A DNA stretch of 64,000 bases from Limnochordia bacterium. GTDB lineage: Bacteria > Bacillota > Limnochordia > DTU080. Shown piece after piece: positions 56,446-64,000 of this stretch (positions within the stretch are counted from its first letter, which is position 1; the number at the start of each line of letters is the position of its first letter). The stretch is from NCBI GenBank assembly GCA_050951545.1, contig JBMNJG010000005.1:32001-96000 (forward strand), read 5' to 3'. The position numbers and the translations under genes are program-made. The notes under the pieces are model-generated. The model did no database searches, was not told the DNA's origin, and saw nothing but the letters and a program-made list of their open reading frames with translations.

Positions 56446-58704
56446 CTACGTGTCGCCTTCGTTCTCGGCTCTTTCCAACAGCACAAAGGTAATCTTGGCC
56501 TCTGAGACAGGGATCCGAAGAAGCTTGGGGCAGTCTGTGCCTAACTCAGGTAGACACCCCATGGAAGTGTACGTCGTCTCATGTAGACCGCGTACTGAGA
56601 CGCGCCAGCAATCAGTCGCTCCATCTCGCCCGGGCAGATGTTCTGGATCCACAGTGATCTTCTGGGTCTGTCCCGTCTTGTTCCAGACAGCCACGAGCGC
56701 GGCATCGTGTGGAGCAGTCTCTGCATCGGGCACTTGGCGCCCGCGCCGCGCATCCATCGTATACAACTTGGCCACGAGCCCCGGAGTGACGTTGACCCCC
56801 ACGTCGTCCATGAAACGACCGTAGGCAAAGAAGGGCCAGGCAGACTCGCGTAGAGCTAGGCAGCGCTTGATCTCTTCCCACATCTGCGGATCGGTACGGA
56901 AGTTGCAGTAGCGAGCATCCTCTTGGTCATAGAACCAGAGGAAAACACCCACTACTAGAGAACGGTAGAGCTGCTCATAGGCCTGCGACGAGATGCGCGG
57001 TGCTCGGAATTTCTGTCCTTTGGAAGGATAGACCATGTCCACCAAGCAGTGCTCAGGGTAGACGTAGCGGTACATCTCGGGAAGGGATTCGGGAACGATC
57101 CAGGCGTGGATCAGCTGGGCAGAGACGTACTGGGCAAAGGCATCACCGCAACCTTCTATCATGGTGAAGACATCTGGCGTGTTACCCCGTAAGCTCTCCT
57201 CAATACCCATCAGCGTGCGTACGGCATCCTGGTTCCAGCTTCCGGCATGCGGGTGCCCATGGCTGGTATCAAAGCACAGGTGGGGACTGATGGCAGCGAA
57301 GCAGTCAAGATACACACCACTTACTCCAAAGCATGTTGCCAGCCAAGAGACCGTATCGCGCATCAGTCTTTGATAGGCTGGTACGCCCCGGCAATGCACA
57401 TAGAAGTCTTCATCAAAGAAGTGGCGTTGCAGCAGGCTACCGTCACGGTTACGCACAGCCCAACGCCGTCCTAAGCGGTCAGCGTACTGTGAGCTCTGGC
57501 CAAATAGAGCGGTATTGATGTAGAGAGTGACGAACCCACCTGCCCTTCGAGCGTAGTTAATCCCCCGAGCGAAGTCCAGCATCGTACCCAGCTCCAGATC
57601 CGGGTAAAACTCCGGGTAGAGTTTGTCGAAGCCACCCGAACTCCACCCGGCCAGGAAAAGATGGTCGATACCCTCTGCCGTAGCGCGATCGTAGAGCATG
57701 GGGATATCGGCAAAATCATGACAGATCGTGCCATCTTGCCACTTGAAATCGTAATGGGCCATGAGGGCGTGTCGACGCCGGAACCAAGCGGGGACCCTGG
57801 GCGGTTGCATGTGGCGCTCAGCCCAGTTGCGATAGCGATCGGCACCCCAATGCCAGTCACCATCGTGGAGGCCGACCCCGTAGAGTCCCGATTTCCATCG
57901 CGCACCGGAGGCGGCCAGACCTACGTACTTGCTAATGGCCAGCCCACTGCACTCAGCCTCAGGATCAGCCATGGCCGTCAACGACGTGTAGAGGAGGCCC
58001 GGGTCGTAGGAGGCTAGGTAAAGACCGTTGGTGGAACTGTGAAGATCCAGCCAGGGCATGGAGGCTTGCCCACAGTAGAAGCGTTCATAGACAAGGCCGT
58101 CCGCAGGGCGTCGATTCGGCCGAAAAACCGCCCCTTCAGGCGCTTGCGTCATGTTACGAGCCGCCGTAGCGAGAAATGCTGGCACGCGAATACCAGCGTA
58201 GTAAGGGAAAAGAAGCGTCTCCTCAGCCCCGTCACAGCTAAGCTGAACACCATGCACATAGGGAAAAGAGACTGACTCTACGTTCACTCGCCTATCAGCA
58301 TTAGTCAGGCCGATCTCCCAGTAGGTTTCACTGTCGTTGGGCAGCACAGTGACCGTGTACTCCAGCCGGAGATCATACGTCGCTGTTTCGGCCTGAACAT
58401 CCGCAAAAGAAAAGCTGGCGCAGATGCCACCGCCCTGTGCTTCTGTCAAAGAGGGCTTATCGAGGAGGCGCATCTGCTCTGGCCCCGCCCTGATCTCTTC
58501 GTCGTCCGGTGTGAACAGCAGAAGCTGAAAGGGCATAGCTCTGGGTCCACCCTCGAGCTGCTGTATGTACTGCTGCCCTGTGTGACGATTCTCAAGGCCC
58601 ACCAAGCACCCGTCTGAAGAGAACGAGAGGACCACTCTGCTATTGCTGAGCTGAAATAGCTCGTCATGCCATATGGCCTGAACAATCTCTTTGCCTGATT
58701 CCAT
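56446..58704 (-). CDS. Putative glycoside hydrolase (DUF6259-like TIM barrel), copy 1
   Basis: N-terminal beta-sandwich; HDGDWHWGADRYR, GGFDKLYPEF, YIN, VYLDC and MIEG motifs; start ATG 58704 after GAGGT. Confidence 0.7.
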   Translation of the reverse strand: MESGKEIVQAIWHDELFQLSNSRVVLSFSSDGCLVGLENRHTGQQYIQQLEGGPRAMPFQLLLFTPDDEEIRAGPEQMRLLDKPSLTEAQGGGICASFSFADVQAETATYDLRLEYTVTVLPNDSETYWEIGLTNADRRVNVESVSFPYVHGVQLSCDGAEETLLFPYYAGIRVPAFLATAARNMTQAPEGAVFRPNRRPADGLVYERFYCGQASMPWLDLHSSTNGLYLASYDPGLLYTSLTAMADPEAECSGLAISKYVGLAASGARWKSGLYGVGLHDGDWHWGADRYRNWAERHMQPPRVPAWFRRRHALMAHYDFKWQDGTICHDFADIPMLYDRATAEGIDHLFLAGWSSGGFDKLYPEFYPDLELGTMLDFARGINYARRAGGFVTLYINTALFGQSSQYADRLGRRWAVRNRDGSLLQRHFFDEDFYVHCRGVPAYQRLMRDTVSWLATCFGVSGVYLDCFAAISPHLCFDTSHGHPHAGSWNQDAVRTLMGIEESLRGNTPDVFTMIEGCGDAFAQYVSAQLIHAWIVPESLPEMYRYVYPEHCLVDMVYPSKGQKFRAPRISSQAYEQLYRSLVVGVFLWFYDQEDARYCNFRTDPQMWEEIKRCLALRESAWPFFAYGRFMDDVGVNVTPGLVAKLYTMDARRGRQVPDAETAPHDAALVAVWNKTGQTQKITVDPEHLPGRDGATDCWRVSVRGLHETTYTSMGCLPELGTDCPKLLRIPVSEAKITFVLLERAENEGDT

Positions 58705-58738
58705 CGCCAACCTCGACCCCCATCCCATCCTGGTTAAG

Positions 58739-59983
58739 CTACTTAGCATAGGCGGTTCTAAGTAGCGCAGTGATCTGTCTATCGAGTTCCTGTAGGGTGG
58801 ATTCAATGGGAGCAACGTTACGCCAGATCTGATCAAAGGCCTTGTTCTTCGTGGCAATGAGGTCGAAGTACTTGGGCGTGACTGGCTCAGCACGAGCATA
58901 CTCCATGGCCTGGTAGAACACTTGGTCACGGGGTTGCGTAAAGACCTCACGGGCAACTGAGCGCAACGGCGGCACCGTAATACCTCTCGCCGCAAGAGCC
59001 CCAATCCCCGTTGGACCGGAGAGGTATTTGACTAGCCGAAACGCCTCTTCCGCGTGCTTGGATTGAGAATGGACCCCATGGCCAGCAGAGGCAATGCGGT
59101 TGTAGCGGTACCGCCCCGAGGGCACTAGCGAAGCTGCCCAGTTGACGTGGGCGTCGTTCAAAGAGCGGGCAATCCCTCTGATATCGTACCACATCGCCAC
59201 ATCACCTTTGGTCAGAGACGGCTGGGCTACTGTGGGGGCAGCCGCAACCTTCCACTCATACATCAGCTGCCATACCCAACGGGTCGCCTCTACACTCTCA
59301 GGTCTGCTCAGAACGCTCTCCGTGCGCTCCTCGTTGAGCAATCTACCGCCATTCTGCCAGATTACACTGATGTTGCGGTCATGACCAGTCGGAGCTAATA
59401 GCCCGTACTTGGGGTTGGTCTCCGAGGGTTGGGTCAGCTTACGTGCCGCTGTGAGGAGGCTATCCCACGTCCAGCTATCGTTGGGGAAGGCGACTCCGCC
59501 CTGCAGAAAACTGTCCACATTGTAAAAAAGCACCAGCGTAGACGACTCCCTAGGTAAGCCGAGCGTCTTGCCATCCCGGGAGAACTCATCCATGGACGCC
59601 GCGTAGTACTCCTTGCGCAAGTCGCTCTGTTCTTTGGCTAGGAAGGTGTCGAGCGGCATGAGCATATGCGTGGAAACAAGATCGCCCATGCTCCAAGTGT
59701 GAGCCCAAAAAGCATCCGGAGGCGTACCCGCAGCGGTAGTTATGAGCAGCCTCTCGTAGATCTCAGGCGCATTCCCTGCCACCCATTGCATCTCCACCTC
59801 GATGTCGGAGTTAGGCGTCATGAAATCGGCCAGCAGCTTGTCGTAGACCTCCTTCTCGAAACTGTCGCCGCGCCCCATGTAGACAATGTGCGTCTTGGCT
59901 GATAACGGAAGTGCAAGCATCACTAGCAGTACCAAAGACACCCACAACCCCACGACTAACGGTACACACCCAGACCTGTGCAT
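58739..59983 (-). CDS. Sugar ABC transporter substrate-binding protein, cassette copy 1
   Basis: Signal peptide; AAGTPPD, LFYNVD, WTWD and EEAFRLVKYL motifs. Confidence 0.9.
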   Translation of the reverse strand: MHRSGCVPLVVGLWVSLVLLVMLALPLSAKTHIVYMGRGDSFEKEVYDKLLADFMTPNSDIEVEMQWVAGNAPEIYERLLITTAAGTPPDAFWAHTWSMGDLVSTHMLMPLDTFLAKEQSDLRKEYYAASMDEFSRDGKTLGLPRESSTLVLFYNVDSFLQGGVAFPNDSWTWDSLLTAARKLTQPSETNPKYGLLAPTGHDRNISVIWQNGGRLLNEERTESVLSRPESVEATRWVWQLMYEWKVAAAPTVAQPSLTKGDVAMWYDIRGIARSLNDAHVNWAASLVPSGRYRYNRIASAGHGVHSQSKHAEEAFRLVKYLSGPTGIGALAARGITVPPLRSVAREVFTQPRDQVFYQAMEYARAEPVTPKYFDLIATKNKAFDQIWRNVAPIESTLQELDRQITALLRTAYAK

Positions 59984-60204
59984 CTTCTCGCCTCCCTGCG
60001 AGCGTAGTGTTGCTTCAGGCTACATGTTGGATGTACTTCTCTGCATAACATGCATGTCCTACCAAAACTCGCTGTATCTTCAGTATCTTGTACCATTTTG
60101 GCAGGAGTAGCCGGGGGGGCTCTAGTTCCTTAGGCCGCATGGCGAACGCGTGCCGCCCAGAGGCAGCACGCGCCGTTCATAGCAACCAGTACCCAGGTTC
60201 GTGC

Positions 60205-62469
60205 CTACGTGTCGCTTTCGTTCTCAGCTCTTTCCAGCAGCACAAAGGTAATCTTGGCCTCTGAGACCGGGATCCGAAGAAGCTTGCAGTCGGAACCTAA
60301 CTCAGGTAGACACCCCAGAGAAGCGTACGTCATCTCATGTAGGCCGCGTACTGAGACGCGCCAGCAATCAGTCGCCCTGTCTCGCCCGGGCAGATGCTCT
60401 GGATCCACAGTGATCTGCTGTGCCTGCCCAGTCTTGTTCCAGACAGCTACGAGTGCGGTATCCCTCGCAGGAGCCTTTTGCTTGAGCACCTGGCGCCGAC
60501 GCCGCGCCTCCAGTGTGTACAGCTTAGCCACGACATCCGGAGGCGATGTCACTCCCACGTCGTCCATGAAACGGCCATAGGCGAAGAAGGGCCAAGCCGA
60601 CTCGCGTAGGGCTAGGCAGCGTCTGATCTCTTCCCACATTTCCGGATCCGTACGGAAGTTGCAGTAGCGAGCATCTTCCTGATCGTAGAACCAGAAGAAC
60701 ACGCCCACCACCACCGAGCGGTAAAGCTGCTCATAGGCCTGAGCCGACATGCGCGGTGGCCTGAACTTCTGCCCTTTGGACGGATAGACCATATCGACGA
60801 GACAGTGATCAGGGTAAACATAGCGATACATCTCGGGAAAGGACTCTATGTAGAAACAGGCCCGGATTAGCTGCGCCGAGACATACTGACCGAAAGCATC
60901 ACCGCAGCCCTCGATCATCGTGAAGGTGTCGGGAGCATCGGTGCGCAGTCCCTCTTCAATCCCCAACAGCGTGCGCACAGCATCCTGGTTCCAGCTACCA
61001 GCCGTCGGATGCCCGTGCCCCGTATCGTAGCATAGGTGAGGACTGACACAGCCAAAGCAGTCTAGATAGATGCCAGTGACTCCGAAGCTCTTCGCCAACC
61101 AGAGCACAGTGTCACGCATCAGTCTTTGATAAGCCGCCACCCCGCGGCAGCTCACGTAGAAATCCTCGTCGAAGAAATGCAACTGAAGCAGGCTACCATC
61201 ACGCTTGCGCACTGCCCAGCGCTGACCCATAGTGTCCGCATACTGTGAGCTCTTGCCGAATAGCGCTGCGTTGATATAGAGGGTCACGAAACCTGCCTTG
61301 TTCCGAATGTACTCAATGCCCCTAGCAAAGTCCAGCATCGTACCCAGCTCCAGGTCTGGGTAGTACTCCGGGTAAAGCTTGTCGAAGCCACCTGAGCTCC
61401 ACCCTGCCAAGAACAAGTGGTCGACGCCATCAGCCGCTGCGCGATCGTAGAGCATCGGAATGTCGGCAAAGTCGTGACAGATCGTGCCATCCTGCCACTT
61501 GAAGTCGTAATGAGCCATGAGAGCGTGGCGGCGCCGGAACCAGGCCGGAACCCTAGGGGATTGCATATGGCGTTCAGCCCAGGCGCGATAGCGATCAGCT
61601 CCCCAATGCCAGTCACCGTTGTGAAGACCGACTCCGTAGCGTGGTGACCGCCAGGAAGCCAGTCCCACGTGTTTGCTGATGGCCAGCCCGCTGCACTCAG
61701 CTTCAGGATCTGCCATCGCCATCAAGGTGGCATAGGCGAGACCCGGGTCGTATGAGGCTAAGTAGAGGCCATTCGTGGTACTATGCAAATCCAGCCAAGG
61801 CATTGACGCCCCACCGCAGTAGTGATGCCTGTAGACGAGACCATCGAGAGGCGTTCGGGCGGGACGAAACGCCGCCCCTGCAGGTGCCTGCCGAAGATTA
61901 CGAGCAGCCGTAGCCAGGAATGCAGGTACTCGCAGACCCGCATAGCGAGGAAAAAGAAGAGTATCCTCACTGCCAGCCTCGCTGAGCTGTATGCCGTGGA
62001 TGTAGGGGAAGAAAACTGCCTCAACGGCCATCCGAGGGTCCACACTCGCCAAACTGATCTCCCAATAACTCTCAGCGTCGTTTGGTAGTAACGTCACCGA
62101 GTATTCTAGCTGCACCTCGTACTTGATCTTTCCAATCTCTACGCCAGAGAAGGCATACGTGAGCCGTACGCCTCCACCTGGCACATCCGCAAGAAAGGGC
62201 GTGTCAGCCCTCATTTGATCAGGACCAACTCTCAGCTCTTGCCCACCGGACATCTGAAGACTAAGCTGAAACGGCATAGAACGGGCGCCACCAGAGCCGC
62301 GTTGGATGTACTCATGCCCAGTCTGCCGATTCTGCATGCCAATCAGAGCGCCCTTCGTGTCAAAAGAGAACTCCACGGCACTGTTTCGAAAATGGAGCTC
62401 GTCTTCTTGCCATTCAGCTTGCACCACGTCGTTATTCGAGCCCACGAGCATTCCAGAGCCATCACACAT
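60205..62469 (-). CDS. Putative glycoside hydrolase (DUF6259-like), copy 2
   Basis: Colinear paralog of 56446..58704 with long identical peptide blocks. Confidence 0.7.
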   Translation of the reverse strand: MCDGSGMLVGSNNDVVQAEWQEDELHFRNSAVEFSFDTKGALIGMQNRQTGHEYIQRGSGGARSMPFQLSLQMSGGQELRVGPDQMRADTPFLADVPGGGVRLTYAFSGVEIGKIKYEVQLEYSVTLLPNDAESYWEISLASVDPRMAVEAVFFPYIHGIQLSEAGSEDTLLFPRYAGLRVPAFLATAARNLRQAPAGAAFRPARTPLDGLVYRHHYCGGASMPWLDLHSTTNGLYLASYDPGLAYATLMAMADPEAECSGLAISKHVGLASWRSPRYGVGLHNGDWHWGADRYRAWAERHMQSPRVPAWFRRRHALMAHYDFKWQDGTICHDFADIPMLYDRAAADGVDHLFLAGWSSGGFDKLYPEYYPDLELGTMLDFARGIEYIRNKAGFVTLYINAALFGKSSQYADTMGQRWAVRKRDGSLLQLHFFDEDFYVSCRGVAAYQRLMRDTVLWLAKSFGVTGIYLDCFGCVSPHLCYDTGHGHPTAGSWNQDAVRTLLGIEEGLRTDAPDTFTMIEGCGDAFGQYVSAQLIRACFYIESFPEMYRYVYPDHCLVDMVYPSKGQKFRPPRMSAQAYEQLYRSVVVGVFFWFYDQEDARYCNFRTDPEMWEEIRRCLALRESAWPFFAYGRFMDDVGVTSPPDVVAKLYTLEARRRRQVLKQKAPARDTALVAVWNKTGQAQQITVDPEHLPGRDRATDCWRVSVRGLHEMTYASLGCLPELGSDCKLLRIPVSEAKITFVLLERAENESDT

Positions 62470-62516
62470 CGAAAGCTAGACCTCCATCTCTAGACTGGTA
62501 TGTTGATCTGCCTCGC

Positions 62517-63746
62517 CTATTCCCACCTAAGGACTGCCGTAATATGCCTATCAAGCTCCTGCAGGGTCGATTCAATGGGCGATGTGTTGCGCCATACTCC
62601 ATTAAACGCCTTGTTCTTGATGTCAATGATATCAAAGTACCTCGGTGTAACAGGTTCAGCACGAGCGTACTCCATGGCCTTGAAGAACACATGATCGCGA
62701 GACTCCGTGAAGACCTCGCGAGCCACGGAGCGCAGTGGTGGCACTGTGAGACCTCCAGCTGCGAGAGCTCGTATGCCCGTCGGGCCTGACAGGTACTTCA
62801 CTAACTGAAACGCCGCCTCCGGATGCTGACTCTGAGCGTGAACGCCATGCGCCGAAGAAGCAATGCGATTGTACCGAGCCCGCCCGGAAGGCACTAAGGT
62901 GGCACCCCAGTTGACCTGAGCATCGTTATAGGCCCGCACCTGACTTCGAATTCCATACCCCATTGCCAACTGACCTTTGGCCATGGATGGCTGAGGTACG
63001 GTTGGAGGTGCTGCAACCCTCCACTCATGCATCAGCTGCCATATCCAGCGAACGGCCTCAACGCTTTCGGGCTTGCTCAAAGTGGCCTCGGTGCGTTCCT
63101 CGTTTAGGAACCGCCCGCCATTCTGCCAGATGATGCTGATGTTTCGATCATGAGTCGTCGGCGCCGATACTCCGTAAACAGGCTTGGTTTCTGACGGCCT
63201 CGTGAGCTTGCGCGCGGCCGCCAACAGATCATCCCATGTCCAGTCGTCGTGCGGTAGATCCACTCCACCTTCTAAGAAGCTGTCAACATTGTGATAGAGT
63301 ACCAGCGTAGACGACTCCCTAGGCAGTCCCAAAACCTGACCGTTGCGCGAAAACTCGTCCATAGAAGCTGCGTAGTAATCCCTGGTGAGACCCCCTTCCT
63401 TCGCAAGAAACGAATCAAGTGGGTAGAGCATATGTGTCGATAGCAGGTCACCCATGCTCCAGGTATGCATCCAGAAGGCATCAGGCGCCGTACCCGCCGC
63501 AGTCGTCACCAGCAGCCTCTCGTAGATGACAGGCGCGTTCCCTGCCACCCACTGCATATCCACCTTGATATCCGGATGGGCTTTCATAAAGCTGAGAAGA
63601 AGCTCGTCATACACCTCTTTCTCAACAACGTTGCCGCGCCCCATGTAGACGATGCTCACCTTAGCCGCTGACGGAAGCGCCAATACCAGAAGTAACAGAA
63701 TCCCCGATAATACCACTCGCCCACCATTGCTCCAGTGTCTCCGCAT
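62517..63746 (-). CDS. Sugar ABC transporter substrate-binding protein, cassette copy 2
   Basis: Paralog of 58739..59983 (MQWVAGNAP, HTWSMGDL, LGLPRESSTLVL and AMEYARAEPVTP shared). Confidence 0.9.
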   Translation of the reverse strand: MRRHWSNGGRVVLSGILLLLVLALPSAAKVSIVYMGRGNVVEKEVYDELLLSFMKAHPDIKVDMQWVAGNAPVIYERLLVTTAAGTAPDAFWMHTWSMGDLLSTHMLYPLDSFLAKEGGLTRDYYAASMDEFSRNGQVLGLPRESSTLVLYHNVDSFLEGGVDLPHDDWTWDDLLAAARKLTRPSETKPVYGVSAPTTHDRNISIIWQNGGRFLNEERTEATLSKPESVEAVRWIWQLMHEWRVAAPPTVPQPSMAKGQLAMGYGIRSQVRAYNDAQVNWGATLVPSGRARYNRIASSAHGVHAQSQHPEAAFQLVKYLSGPTGIRALAAGGLTVPPLRSVAREVFTESRDHVFFKAMEYARAEPVTPRYFDIIDIKNKAFNGVWRNTSPIESTLQELDRHITAVLRWE

Positions 63747-63857
63747 GCTGATTACCTCCTTCAAATGCAGGTATTGGGCGTCTTGGCGATTAATCCTTCT
63801 AATTTGGTGGGCTGAAGCGAGATTTCTTTCCTTGCGCAGCGCAGCAGTCGTCGATCA

Positions 63858-63885
63858 GCAGGAAAACTTTCTTCCTCGGGAGAAC
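63858..63885 (+). promoter_or_regulatory. SigH-like promoter pointing out of the window
   Basis: GCAGGAAAA-11 nt-GGGAGAAC. Confidence 0.45.
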
Positions 63886-64000
63886 ATCTGAGAGAATCGA
63901 TAGATGTGGGGGGCTCTGTCTTGACGTCACAGACGAGCAAGGCTCCAACAATCATTCAGGAGTGCACACTGCGCCTGCGCACCTTCCTACCCAGCGTTAG

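Larger units (their letters stand above)
56383..63746 (-). repeat. Diverged tandem duplication of a ~3.7-kb binding protein plus hydrolase cassette
   Basis: 56383-59983 versus 60144-63746; homology extends into the 3' flanks (GCCCAGRGGCRGCACGCGCC...CAACYAGT). Confidence 0.9.

Noticed and set aside
58705-59004. Extension of the 852-aa ORF 56446..59004
   Set aside because: Overlaps the upstream binding-protein gene in another frame; the paralog supports a start near 58704.

Overview
Bacterial chromosomal window, GC-rich, densely coding, probably from an anaerobic Bacillota (Firmicutes) lineage that may be diderm. This is inferred from GlpP, Rnf, SigH-like promoters and two TolC-family genes. 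No rRNA, tRNA, CRISPR array or classical transposase was recognised. Contents in order: a Crp/Fnr (Flp-like) regulator-HMA chaperone-P1B ATPase module with a perfect FNR-type box; a frameshifted gene for a tandem-HTH plus Vsr/DUF559-like (EDxHD-type) endonuclease next to a non-coding tandem array of about 4.5 copies of a ~410-bp palindrome-rich unit (3107-4958), the most unusual feature here; fused iorAB-paaK-ACT; a GlpP-attenuated glpA-like operon; nagB; rtcB; arsR-arsP-thioredoxin-like; an MNT-HEPN pair; ispG; an LCP protein; a two-component pair; a MacAB system with two TolC-family genes; a sugar catabolic cluster; a second MNT whose HEPN partner is broken; an ECF A-A/T pair converging on rnfC-(rnfD-rnfG fusion)-rnfE-rnfA-rnfB-apbE-(Gx/NusG-II fusion); and an expansion of sugar-binding proteins including a tandemly duplicated binding protein plus putative glycoside hydrolase cassette. 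A ~25-bp intergenic motif recurs about 30 nt upstream of four unrelated start codons. All calls come from reading the sequence and recognising motifs; no database search was run.
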